Positions 10,349 through 23,140 of a stretch of 64,000 nt of DNA are shown here, in pieces (position 1 is the stretch's first letter; every line of letters starts with the position of its first letter). Below the pieces are notes generated by a model, which saw only the letters and a list, made by a program, of their open reading frames with translations, ran no database searches and was not told the origin of the DNA. Origin of the DNA: Podarcis cretensis. Its lineage: Eukaryota. The DNA lies in the NCBI GenBank assembly GCA_951804945.1, contig OX638149.1, positions 77,190,001-77,254,000 on the forward strand, given 5' to 3'. The translations under genes were made by a program, and so were the position numbers.

Positions 10349-13300
10349 GTTGGTTCCCTGGATTTCCCATCCCTTTTAGATGGGGTGTGTGCATGAGAAG
10401 TGAATGGGGATGGGACTGGAGTGTGCTTGGGGGGGGTGCGGGGGGGGGGGGATGGAGGAATCAATTCTGTTGCCTGAACCATGTCTCCTGCCTCCTGAGT
10501 GTGCCAAGTGGGGAGGGGATTGGCAGCTGGCATCTTGCCATCACAGGACTGGGACAAGTTTAAAATTCTGGCGGCAGGAGGGGGAGAATGCCCATCATTT
10601 CTCCAGCCTTCACAGATGCAGGACACAACAGGCAGCAATCCTAAGCATGCGCATGAAAATCTCATTCGTGAGACTTACTTCTGAGTCAACATGTTCAGAA
10701 TTGGGCTGTTGGAATGTGACAGAGTAACACTCCCCCTTCCCCAGAATAATCAGAAAATGTGCTGCTCTTTCAGTGTAGGTCTTATCTCTCTCTCTCTGTC
10801 TGCTGCAAGAAGATGGGCATTGGGTGATGCTTGCCTTGAGTCCCTCTGTGTTCCTGCATGTGCAGTGCTGCAGCACTCATCTAGAAAAAAGAGTTGCTTC
10901 CCCTTTAACAGGGTCTGGATTTTTTTAAAAAGGATTGGGGGGTCTTAATTTCACAATGAACTGGAATCATTAAAACTGGAATATAATGGGAAACTCAGAG
11001 GAGTGAGGCAGATTCTTCCTTTCTTATGTAACTCACCACATTCTCCAGGGCAGAAGGGTAGGGAGCTGTGGAAATTTCCTGGGGACATCTCCATGCATGA
11101 GAAAGCATCTTGCATTCACTGCTACCTTCTTTAGAGGTCACTTTCTATCCAGTGGATGTGCAGATGGAAGGAAAGGAAGGAAAGGAGGAATTACCTTCTA
11201 GAAAGGCAGAATAAGAGAAGAGGCATCGAGGAAGGTGGGGGCACTATGCTGTCCATAGCTTTAGATCTTGTGCATTTGCTTTGCTGCTCAATATGCCCGA
11301 CTGCATTTCTCTACTGAGAATGACTCCTTTATTGAAAAGGCATCCATAGTGGTTTATTACTTGCAGGGCTATCCCGAGAGGTGAGAAGAGAAATGAAAAG
11401 CAGCTTTAAAAAAGTAGAATGACCTACTTTTACCAAACGATGGAACCATGAAACTTTCCCACAGCCCTTGCACTCTTTACAAAATCAGAATTCTCCTGCA
11501 GCGCTTGGAAGCCCTTTTGTGTCATGAGATGCATAGCCCAGCGATTGTGTCATTAGTAATAAGTCATTTATGGAAATGACACATTTTTCTTTACTTAGAA
11601 CCAGTAGAGCTGGTCCTGGTGAGGCACATTTACCAGAGGAAAATCTAGACCAGCAACTCAGGAGGGCTGATTCTTTCAAGGGTGTTATTGCCCAATCCTT
11701 TTTAAAAAAAATATATTGGTGTTAATGGTTGCTTTCCTATTTACGTAAGGTCTTGCACCTTGGAGAAATATAACAGTTGGCAAAGATTCAAAAAATGAAG
11801 CATGACTGACTTGAGGACAGGGAATGTGGGGTTTTCCCCCCACTCTCCCTTATGGATTCTTCTTTCTGTTGTACACGCAACCCAAAACTGCCTGCCCAAC
11901 AGATGTTAGTTAGTTCAGTAAAAGCAAGAAGCATACTTACTTCTATCCTCTGATACTAGTATAGACAATCAGAACTGGCTATATGCTGCATATAATATGC
12001 CTAAAACATTTTTGTGTGTGACAAGGGGGAACATAGAATGGGTAGAAGTGTGCATAGAGGTTTGGGTCTTTGTATGGTGGTGAACTAAGGTTCCTGTTCC
12101 TTCAGCTAGGAAGAATTTAGATATGATAGTCTTTCATCTGACAAATGATTGAGCTTCCTCACACAATGGCAGTGTCAAAATTGTCTGAATTGGGGGGAAC
12201 AGAAAGTAATTATCCCAGAGTTAAAGATACCTGATGATAATGATGATGCCACCAGCAAAAGTGCCACCAGCCATGATGACAAAGGCATGAAAACAGAGAT
12301 TACTTGATGCAGCACAGGAAGATGGTGAGAGTCAATATAGCAGGGGGCTGTGAGGGGAACAGCTGCAAAGACCAACCGAGCCCTTTCACTGCAGTAACAG
12401 AATTCAAATAGGAACTTGATGAAGTAAGATCCTAAAGCCATTTAAAATGAGGGATCAGGGGAGGCAGTCTCCAGAGACCTAAGAGAGAGTGTCAGTTCTT
12501 TTTTCCCCCTTTTCAGAAAGCTGCTTTAACTGCCATTTTAGAAGCCGGTGTTTGGCTCTGGCGAAACAGCAAATGTTGCCCTTGCAAAAGGGGCCAGTGA
12601 GGCTGCATTGAAAAAATGTGCTGAACATTCCATCCGCTTTGATACATACGAAAAGGGGCTTTATGTGGAATTGGCCAATGTCCAGCAATGGGTGAGATAA
12701 TCGAGCCGATATAAGGAGTAGAACACCATTTGTTACTTGAGGAAGGAAGTCAGAACTGACTTTTGCTAATCCTAGAAGGGGTGGGGGTGGGGAATGCAGC
12801 CAAGTGTCCTTTCCTCGTGAATTTCAGAGAATATTTTGCTGTTTCAGGTCTTGATATATCCCACCCACACTCTTCAGTTATGACAGCTCTCCCTTACTTA
12901 GCCTAGGAAGAACAGAGGCCAAATTCCCATAGCAATATAGTGTGATCTACCTCTGTCACTTGCTTGTTCTGCTGTTTCTCCATACTCAAAAATGCATACC
13001 TGTGCATGGGAGTGAAGGTGTGAAGTAGCCCTGGAAGTGGTGTCACTGCTCTCCTCCTACTTATTTAGCTATGTTGAGAGAGTAACAATGCTCCAGTGTG
13101 ACAGCTAAGCAGGGTTTTGTATGTGACCAAAACATATAGCTCATGCTGGAGGACTCTGCTTTGTGTGGGAACAAAAGAACCAAAATCAGGGCTGTTGTCT
13201 TGCACGTAAAGGCAAGACAGCAGAGCAGATAGCAGAGCAGACCATCTAGCTGCAAAAAGGAAGTAATGGTTGTGAAAGCCAAGGAATTTTCTATGGCAGG

Positions 13301-13699
13301 ACTGAGTAAGATTTTCAAGTGCTGTGATTTCATCATTGGCGAGGCTTGTAATGGAAGCCGTCCTTAAGCAAAAGTACCCCCCCCCCCCGCCACAGCCACC
13401 GCACACCCCTAATGTAAGAGATCGAAGCTAGAATGTAGAAGACTGGGCTTTTCTCAGACATTTAAAGGAGGAAACATAGAATGAAGGTGTTTTGATACAG
13501 GCACACAGTTCCCCTTTTGTGGCTTATCTGTTCCTGACACTTATTTACCTGTTCATCTCTTCCATACTTAAGGCACTGAGTTAACTGCTGTTGAATAAAG
13601 TGTGTGGTGAGTTAATAATAATAATAATAATATCAGCACTACCACTGGCTTGGTAATGGATGATTTTCACATATGGGGAGAAGTGAAAATGACATTGAA

Positions 13700-14978
13700 C
13701 CGTATATCTTGAATTCAGAAAGCCTTTTGACAAAGTCCCCCATGATATTATTGGGGAGAAGCTGGTAATATAAGGGCTGGACAAGGTCACTGTTAGGTGG
13801 ATTTGTAGCTAACTGAACCCCAAGAGTGCTCACTAATGGTTCCTCATCATCTTGGAAAAAAGGGACAAGTGGGGTGCTGCAGGGTTCTGTCCTAGGCCCA
13901 TTGTTGTTCAGCATCTTTATAAATAACTTGGATGAATGAACTAAGGGGATGCTCATGAAATTTGCAGACAACGCCAAGCTGGGAGGGGTAGCCAATGCCT
14001 CGGAAGACAGAATCAGGATTCAAAATGACCTTAATAAATTGGGAAACTGGGCCAAAACTAACTAAATGAATTCCAATAGGGAGAAATATCAGGTTCTATA
14101 CTTAGGCAGGAAGAACCAGCTGCACAAATATAAGATGCTGGGCACCTGGATTGCCAGTAGTACATGTAAAAAGGATCTAGGGGTCTTAGTAGATCACAAT
14201 TTGAACATGAATCAACAGTGTGATGCAGCAACAAAAAAGGCTAATGCTGTTCTATGCTGTGTCAACAGAAGTACAGTGGTACCTCCTGTTGCGAACGGGA
14301 TCCGTTCCGGAGCTCTGGTCGCATCCTGAGGAATTTGCAAAAGGAGGTGATGCTTCTGCGCATGCACGTGACACGGTTTAACTCTTCTGTGCATGTGTGC
14401 AGTACATAGAGCACTTCTGCACATGCGTGCAGGGAGAAACCCTGCAAAATATTTCTGGGTTTGCCGCATACGTATCCCAAAGGATACATAACCAGAGGTG
14501 AACACAAGTAGAGGTACCACTGTATAGTGTTCCAATCAAGGGAAGTTATAGTCCCACTCTATTCTGCCTTTGGCAGACCACACTTGCAGTACTGTTCTGG
14601 GCACTACAATTTAAGAAGGATATTGAGGAACACGTGCAGAGAAGGGTAACCAAGATGATAAAGAGTGTGGAAACCAAACCTTATGATGAATGGTTGTGGG
14701 AATTGGGTATGTTTAGCCTGGAAAAGAGGAGACTAAGAGGAGATATAATGGCCATCTTCAAATATCTAAAGGGCTGTCACATAAAATATGGAACAAGCTT
14801 GTTTTCTCCTGCTCTGGAGTGTAGAACCCGAACCAATGGCTTCAAGTTAAAAGAAAGGAGATTCCAACTAAACCTCAGGAAGAACTTTCCAACAGTAAGA
14901 GCTGTTTGATAGTGGAATGGACTTCTTCAGGTGGTGGTGGACTCTCCATTTAATAGTTTCAAGCAGTGGTTGAATGCC
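13700..14978 (+). mobile_element. CR1 LINE 3' fragment (decayed RT domain), interrupted by a MITE
   Basis: Remnant RT motifs: [62 protein letters not shown]. Contains stops and frameshifts. Confidence 0.92.
14274..14522. mobile_element. Tc1/mariner MITE, second family sharing the CAGTGGTACCTC TIR, nested in CR1
   Basis: TIR CAGTGGTACCTC...GAGGTACCACTG with TA TSD. Removing it restores the CR1 sequence AACAGAAG-TA-TAGTGT. Confidence 0.88.
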
Positions 14979-16132
14979 TACCCCTGGTCTAAATCTTACC
15001 CTAGAGTAGGTGCCCAAATCTCTAGTCACAGGTAGTTTTAAATGCTTTATCAACCAGTCTTGCCTAGCAGATGGCGTCAAGCTCTATTGTCTGAGGGGAT
15101 CACATATCCTTAAAGTACATAAGATGGAAGATGATATACCACTAGCTGCAGTTAAACAAATACAAGGCCCTGAATCATTTGACATCATTTTACAGTTGCC
15201 TAGTCTTTGCTGTCCAAGAGAAGCCACAAGATATATTATTTCTGAGCTAGTTGCTAAACCCAAAGCCAAACTTGTCTCAGAACCTGTTTGCGGGGGAGAT
15301 CTTCCTCCACTCATTGATAGGCAGCTGGCTGGTTGCAGTGGCTTTTTCACCTAAAGAACAGTGTGAAAATGCATGTGCACCACAAAAAAAGCTAAGGCTG
15401 CATCTGCTCCCTCCACTGCCACCACACTGACATGAAAAAAAACATGAGGGGTTTGGAGGTATATTGTTCTCTAGATAATGGACTGTGAAGTGCAGGCCTC
15501 ATTCAAGAGTTCCATACAGATGCTGGCACAATGATTGCATCAATGGCTGAGCAAGCCTTTTGTCCAGATCCTGTGGCTTGGTTTTAAATTGGTGCACGAG
15601 TGACGTACAATCGATCAATGCCACAATGCAGATTGCAAGGGCTGGTTGCACATCGGCGCATAATGATGTTAAACTAACCTGCTGCTTTGTTCCTGTGTGA
15701 AAACAGCTAGGAAAAAAAAAAAGATGAATTGTGAATAATCAGTGGAGTTATCTTGGATGCTGTGATTGCTGGCCATTATTCCTGTATTTTCAAGGGATAT
15801 TTCTAATGTGTAGGCTCAATGCTTGTTCCTGGTTTCATAGACCAGGGATCCAGATATGCTTTATGCAAACAAGCCCAATATATTTTAATTGTTATCGCAG
15901 CCAAATAATAATGTATGCTTGTTCAATACATTAATTCAAAGTGAGTATCTTTATTTAAATCACTGATTTAAGACTGTCTTTTTATTGGTGATGTAATTCA
16001 TATTTCTAACAGCCTTAATTTAAATCAATCCACCTTAGGGGGCGGGAAGGACATTTAAACATGGAATCCATTTGTAAAAGAGTAAAGAACAGAGGGGAGG
16101 GGAAAGAAATGTTTAAGATTAAGGAAGCAAAT

Positions 16133-16232
16133 ATTTAGAAAACTAAGATGTTCAATCTCAAAAAAGGGAAGGGGGAGCAAGAATTTAGAAAACTAAGATG
16201 TTCAATCTCAAAAAAGGGAAGGGGGAGCAAGA
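16133..16232 (+). repeat. Perfect 50-bp tandem duplication
   Basis: ATTTAGAAAACTAAGATGTTCAATCTCAAAAAAGGGAAGGGGGAGCAAGA occurs twice, back to back. Confidence 0.95.
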
Positions 16233-16793
16233 AAATATAACAAGAGGAGCATGAGTGAGATATGTTGAAGGAACAAGAGAAAATTAAAGTAACACATTTG
16301 TCAAAGTAGGAGCAGTTAGCAGCTGTTGCATGGCAGATAGATTCCACCAAAATAGGAGACAACATCATTAGGAGAAAGGCAAGTTCGCACGGCAGGGTTA
16401 GGAGATGAATAAAGAGAAATAATATTTGACAAAAGTTGGCAAGGATTAGATGATGAGCAAAAAAATTGGGGTGTGGGGGGAGAAGCAGAAAGAAAAATAA
16501 GTATTTTGTGACCAAATATTCAAACATGACAACTGGAAACCAAGAGAAATCAAGAGCTGTTGATCAGTGGACAGGTTAGAAGAAAAGTGAAGGAAAAGAA
16601 TGAGCTGTAAATGAACTGACTGCTCTGCAAGGGAACACAGAAGAATAGGTGGGGAAAGAAATCAAGGGCAAAAGAATAGATTAGGAAGAAGAAGAAAAAG
16701 AATCCAAATCAATACAAAACTAAGCAAGGGAGTAGTTGAATTTAGAAGTAGAAATCACAGAGGTAATTAAATTGTAGTTAGGAAGAGGAAACA

Positions 16794-17157
16794 GGGACGC
16801 AGGTGGCGCTGTGGGTTAAAGCCTCAGCGCCTAGGGCTTGTCGATCGAAAGGTCGGCGGTTCGAATCCCTGCAGCGGGGTGCGCTCCCGCTGCTCGGTCC
16901 CAGCGCCTGCCAACCTAGCAGTTCGAAAGCACCTCCGGGTGCAAGTAGATAAATAGGGACCGCTTACCAGCGGGAAGGTAAACGGCGTTTCCGTGTGCGG
17001 CTCTGGCTCGCCAGAGCAGCGATGTCACGCTGGCCACGTGACCCGGAAGTGTCTCCGGACAGCGCTGGCCCCTGGCCTCTTAAGTGAGATGGGCGCACAA
17101 CCCCAGAGTCTGTCAAGACTGGCCCGTACGGGCAGGGGTACCTTTACCTTTACCTTT
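16794..17157 (+). mobile_element. Sauria SINE, full length, young
   Basis: tRNA-like head (A box GGTGGCGCTGTGG, B box GGTTCGAATCC), (ACCTTT)n tail, TSD AGGAAGAGGAA. About 98% identical to the copy at 40883. Confidence 0.93.
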
Positions 17158-19828
17158 AGGAAGAGGAAGACAGAATTGCAAAGACAGCACTGCAAAGTAA
17201 TAACTAAATCTAGAGCAATCTTGGGGAACTAGGGGATTTCCATGGAACTGTAGGGAAGCCAGTATGTGCCAATATTTACAAAGGCGGACAATCTTTAGTG
17301 TAGAGGAATAATAGATTGGCTTCCGCATGATCAAAAAGATGCCAAGTGCTTAAAACATAAATAGCCACCAGGCACCACATTATGGTGGAAACTAGTTCTT
17401 TTCCAGCAAATAGACTTTTTGATACTTTGATGATGGTGATTATATTTCTTTCACATTTCTGGTTTTCATACTATGGTTATTACAGAAGAGAAGGCTTTCT
17501 TGGTGATCAGGCACTAACCTGGGGCTTGCAAGTCTAGCTTTATTGACTTCAGTCTCATGGATGGAAAAGACGGCATCTGCCTGAACTCTGGGGACTTTCT
17601 TCAGAGTTTTCCCAGGCAGCTGCTACCAGCTGGGCTCACTAGGCTGAGAAAGTGATAAACCACGAATGAGTTAGTTGGGTGTTGTGTCTGGAGAAAACCT
17701 TTTCCGTGTGTTCTTTGGGAGTGCAGCCATTGGCTGCTGTGCCACAGATTTCCTGTGTGGCCTTGGAAAAACCTGCTCTGTGTAACATGTGAGATAAAAG
17801 TAACATTTCCACCTCACTCTAATGTTGTGAACAGTGATATGCTCAGGACTGCAGGTGTTCTTCCCCTGTCCACCCCCTAATATTCTTAAGAGGGTCTCTT
17901 CTCCAGTCTTCAGAGAGTAGCTGGAAGTGGCGAGGCTGAAAAAGGTCCTCCTTTCCTTCCACACTGCAGTTTTAATCTGAAAACTTAGGTGCAGTACTAC
18001 ACCCAGAGCTCAGAAACCACTCACGCTATTGAAATTCCCTGTCGCAAAATGCACCTAGAACAATGGGAGTTTCTAACATTGCACTTGACCCTATGCAAAA
18101 CAAACCTTCTTTATGTAGCTTGGGAGACAAAGTGCAAAATTTCCAACTGTAGCTGTGGTCCAGCAAATTCCCAACAAATCATTTGCAATGAGCATGGGGT
18201 AGAGTACAGACTGGGAGAAATGATGTTGGTTGCACAAAGAATGACTGGGTGAATCCAGCCTCTCTAATGGCCTAAACAAGACAAGGATTAAGAAAGCTGT
18301 CTTCTGTGTCATTTAAAAGCATGCTCTTATTTCTCTTGGATGGTATGAGGTAGGATTATTTAATGTCTCCAAGATGCTTTAAGATGCTTAAATAGAAAGG
18401 TTGATTCATGAGTAGCTTGACTGCTAAAATGGGGCCTGCATGTGGAATAGTCCTAACCCTTTTCTGCTGACACCCAGGTGGTGCCCCTGTGATGTCCTAA
18501 TCACTTGTAACCTTTGTATCATATGTTTTAAAAGAGTGAGAGAAACAGGAGCCAAGTGTTCTCTCCATATTAGATCCCATATCTACTCTCAGGTTATAGG
18601 ACACTTTTACTGGAGTTTTGGGTGCTCTGCAGTCCCTGAAATCAGCGGATGCCCTAAAAAAAAAAAAAAAAAAGCTCAACAACTTTGATTTACCCCCGAA
18701 AGCTCCAAGTCACTGCTTGCGTTACCAGAGTTTGGACTAGATAACCCTTGTGGTCCCTTCCATCTCTATAGTTATATCATTCTGTGCTTGGTAATCTTGT
18801 CTAAACCCTCCAGGAAATCTACAGCTCTGGCCAGCCTCAGGATTTTCGACCAGATCTCCTATTGGAGAGAGCACTTATAAGTAATCTGAGAACTCTTTCT
18901 GCCCACGCTGTCCCGCATACAGATGCACTCCCTCTCTTAATTCCACTCATGCCAAGATAATACCACTCCTAGGCCATATAGCTTGACAAATAAAAGAACC
19001 ACAACTGTACAAGGCCAGGCCTTTTGTTATTCCCTGACCCTCCACTTGCTTGATCTGATGCTAGAAGGGCAACTAGCATGTGTTAATAGCAAAGCCAACC
19101 CAATCATCAGTCATGTCTGGAATCCTGCTTGTGGCCTTTGCATTTTTTGCATTAAGCTATGTTGACTTCTTAAGATTAAAAGAGGTTTTAAGGCCACTAT
19201 TGTGGCTGAGAGTTCTGTCCCCCCCCCTCATTCCTTTGAAGGATTGCTTAAACCTCCGTTTAGATTAAGGAAATTAACTATTTAATTGGATATTTAACCC
19301 CCACCCCTGTTCCAGTGGGACTCAGGCAGACTTAATGTTTCTTTATTCTATCCAGTAAATTAGCTTATACAGCCTTTGCAAGATCATGCTCATAATGAGG
19401 CCTGTATCTCTGAAACAAAAGCTTGTTGGGATAGGAGGACGTGTGCCAAGAGTAATATCAGATGCTGGGCCCTCCTTCCCTCAATGAATCCCCACTGGCA
19501 TTCTTAATAGACCCTGCATGCTTGCTTGCATTTTCCTGAACAAAACTAGCAGTGAATCTGCTGACAGTTAAATTCCCTCCGCCTGTATTTTCTAGTAAGG
19601 CTGTTAGAGATAAGAGCAGCCTGGGTCTGAGCAGATTTCTCAGTGCCCCAATTCCTCCCAGCTGAAAATGGGCATAATAGGCAAGTAAATGAATGGCATG
19701 TTTCTCCATCTGCAAAGATTCTAAAACCTCAAGGGGGACGTTTTTGCTGAAATGAATGGGAGCTGTGCAAGAGCTTAGCAGTGCCCAGTGGACTGAGCCC
19801 TAAGACAGAGCTACTGCGCCAACATGGC

Positions 19829-20082
19829 AAGAAGAAGAAGAAGAGTTTGGATTTGATATTTCGCCTTCCACTCCCTTCAAGGAGTCTCAAAGCGGCTCAC
19901 ATTCTCCTTTCCCTTCCTCCCCCACAACAAACACTCTGTGAGGTGAGTGGGGCTGAGAGACTTCAGAGAAGTGTGACTGGCCCAAGGTCACCCAGCAGCT
20001 GCATGTGGAGGAGCGGAGACGCAAACCCGGTTCCCCAGATTACGAGACTACCGCTCTTAACCACTACACCACACTGGCTCTC
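19829..20082 (-). mobile_element. Squam3-type tRNA/CORE SINE
   Basis: Minus strand reads GAGAGCCAGTGTGGTGTAGTGGTTAAGAG...GGGTGACCTTGGG...(CTT)n tail. Second copy at 42727. Confidence 0.85.
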
Positions 20083-22936
20083 AGGTATTACTGAGAGGGT
20101 ATTACTTAAATTAGGAAGTGGTAGGGCACAACCCTGCACTACATGACCTCCTTCCTATGACACCCTGCAGCATAGTGACAACTGGCAACCGCATCACTCT
20201 GCAATACAGATTACAACAGGGCAAGAAGTGATGCAGTGATGCATAGCACATGTATGACCAATTCACACCACAGTACAGATTATTTAGCACATGCCCAGTG
20301 TAAAATCAACCCATAGCTTTGTGCTCCAGGACATGCAACCTTGTTTCTTTGTCTCTTGCATCTATTGGGAGACAAAAAAAGCAAGCAAAAAACAACAACC
20401 CCCCCTTCCTGCCTGACACGCTGAGTGCTGGCTATTCTTAGCTTTTCTTCTGAGTATTCAGAAAAACACATTAGGGAAGGAGGAAATTATAGCTCGATAG
20501 CATGCATAAGGGTGCCAGGCTCAGTTTCTGACATCTTCAGTTAAAAGATCATGAGCACAATAGATCTGATGGCAGCAGACCTGTATGCTTAAATGTGGCT
20601 CTACCCCCAACCACATGGAAGAAGGGAGAGGTTGTTTTTTAGGGACAAATACATGGCAACCCGGTGTTCACAGCTTACCTGTCCACAGTTTCTGTGATGG
20701 TTCTCTCCTTCTTTCCTTCTCAGCTAAACTCCAGTAGCAGGAGTGTGCTCAACTGAGAAAAGTGCTTGAAGAGTAAGGACCACAGGGACATAAGCTGCAA
20801 GCAAGGGGAGGTTTCTGCACTCATTTTGCTGTTAAAAACAGACCGTTCACTCCCTCTTTCTGCAGTTCTGTCTTGAGGGGGTTGAGTGGAGAGATCTATA
20901 TCTAAATGCACAGATCTGCCACTGCCAGAGCTAGTTTGAACCTTAGCCTTAGAGAGCCTCTACCAGTCAGAATACACAATTCTGTCCTCTAGATGGACCA
21001 GTTGACTCAACTCGGCATAACACTGCTTTATCCATTTGCAACAATACAACAAGCTGTGTAGAGGATGACTTCTTTTGTCTAGTCTTTCCAGATGCCCAGG
21101 TCTTGACTCCTGGATTATCCGCCAACACCCCTCATTCCACGAAAAAATAGAGAATTACATATGCTTATATACACACTTCCCAACCCCGTAATTTATGCTT
21201 CATGGTGAAATTGATGCAATTGTGGTGCGGGGGGGGGGGGGTGAGGGAGGCAGCTAGGAGTAACCAGAGCTCATGTGCACCTGTGCTAATCTTGTTTCGT
21301 TCATTCTGATTTAATATCCCAGTTGAGGGGTGATGTCATGCCACAAAGAGCCACAGAGGAAGTGGTGTTGCAAAGTGCATTTAACTCCTCACATCCCGAA
21401 TGGACAAGACTTGGTGATTTAAAAAATAAATAAATTCTAGTATTTATCTGGCAGCAGAAATAGTGTTGTTCACAAATATTATTAGTGTTTAGGAATTGGG
21501 GGGTTTTTGTTTAGTTAGTTGCCAGATTCTGCAGGGAAAGCAAAAAATATACCCTGTGAAGCATTAGATCAGAAGGCTGTCTCAAGGAAGATGCTTGTGT
21601 GAACTGTATGGTCAGACTTTACCTTCTGATAAGAGTGTCCAGGAACAGTATTTTACGTAAAAGGTGGCTTTTCATTTGTGCCTGGCGCGAGGTGGAAAAC
21701 ACAAGTCCTTTGTAAAACAATTTTTTGTCAAACTGTATTATAAATTGGTGGTTAGGCAAATATTTCCTCCTACTGAACCTTTGTAGCTTTTCCCAATTTA
21801 GTTGTGTCAATCCAATATAAGATGTGCAATTTGGAAAGTAAGCTTCACAGAATCTCGCTACTAAACATCAGTGTTTTAGAAGAAGCCATTATCACCGATA
21901 TGTCCTTGCTGCTCAGTTTTGGGAAGCTGATCAGAACAAGAACATGCCTGACGCTCTAAGCTAGAACAAGATCTGTTTGATTCAGGTGCTGCTTGCTATG
22001 CCATGTTCTGCAACATCTGCGGGGGGGGGGGGATCACTGTGATCTGTTCAGAAATGAGATCCTGCCATCTATCTCAGCCGCCCACCCAGTATATGGGCTC
22101 GCTTTCCTAATTAGTATTGTACACGGGGCCGCTTTATCGGCCATCCACTTGGGCATGAAATAGAAAAGAGCTCTGTGTGCATGCGTGGGAGCCACAAAGA
22201 GAGAGGCAGACTACTGAAATGCAGCATGACTTTGACGTAGGTCTGTTTCAAGTACAAAGGCCTGCAGCTATGTATGCTGTGATTCAGCTGGAGATTACAG
22301 ATGATGGACCAGGGGAACAGGGATCTACCAGTAACAGACTGGCGCAGTCAAAGGATCCTAGGAGTGATTTCCTAAGCCACTGATTTTCAGATTGTTCCAG
22401 AGGGAACACTAGGGTGAGGATCCTCAATGAGAAGATCACTCAGGGCTTTCCTGAAAGGCTGCTTTTACCCAATGTCACAATTCTTCCCTCTGAATATGCG
22501 GCTTCAGCAAAGTCTTGGATGTGTTTGAGGTTGATAGTCTTCAATCTTAATAGATCCAGGTCCTATCTTTAAATGAAATGTACATTGGGGGCACGTCCCG
22601 CTTCTTAATTATTATTTTTTAACATATATTTGTGTGGTGGCAGTGCCGTTGGTGCAACCCAACTTAGTATCCTAGGTCACATTCTGATTTCACTCGGGGT
22701 AGCAGGGAGACTTGACACATCCAGCCACTGCCCTGAAGAAACCAAGGGTGTGCTCTAGAAAATGCCCTAAATTTGTCTACAGCACACTGGGTTATCCCGG
22801 CAGCCATAGCAAGGCTTCCTTGGCAGAGAGGTCAACACAGAAAATGTACCAAAAGGTAGGCAATTTGAAGAAACACTGCTCTGGGCAACGCTTTCCCCGC
22901 AGTCACTTCTAAACCTACAACAACACCACTGGCAAC

Positions 22937-23140
22937 TGCCGTTTCTCAGATGACAAGCGTTGCTCACATGTGGCTGCTAAAGATCCCAGGGGGGGTATTT
23001 ATAAAAGAGGAGTAAAATTAGCCCATAGCATCCTGGCCAAATTCCAGTGCAGGTAATTTATTTCCTGCCTTCCTAGAATTACATGCACACACATTCTCTC
23101 TCTCTCTCTCACTCCACCCCCACCCCCTGCAGATTCAATT
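22937..23140 (+). mobile_element. AmnSINE1-like (Deu-domain) ancient SINE fragment
   Basis: Collinear blocks GCCGTTTCTCAGATGA, TGTGG..TAAAGATCCCA, TCCTGGCCAAATTCCA, GGTAATT..CTGCCT.CCT and CCCCCTGCAG.TTCAATT match my recollection of the AmnSINE1 core. A ~35-bp simple-sequence insertion interrupts it. Confidence 0.7.

Larger units (their letters stand above)
16060..17330 (+). mobile_element. Possible highly decayed L1-type ORF1 remnant (interrupted by Sauria SINE)
   Basis: Strong A/G skew on the + strand over ~1.2 kb with K/E/R-rich broken frames. No intact motif. Confidence 0.3.

Noticed and set aside
10349-10563. C-terminal part of the 196-aa ORF at 9973
   Set aside because: Lies past the splice donor in low-complexity G-rich intron.
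16794-16870. tRNA-like sequence with A/B boxes
   Set aside because: SINE head, not a functional tRNA cloverleaf.
16993-17232. Identical peptides MCGSGSPEQR... here and at 41083, and paired ORFs at 19781/42770
   Set aside because: Translations of SINE copies, not paralogous genes.
20701-20780. Strong polypyrimidine acceptor as a possible extra coding exon
   Set aside because: Stops appear within about 11 codons in all three frames and there is no homology.
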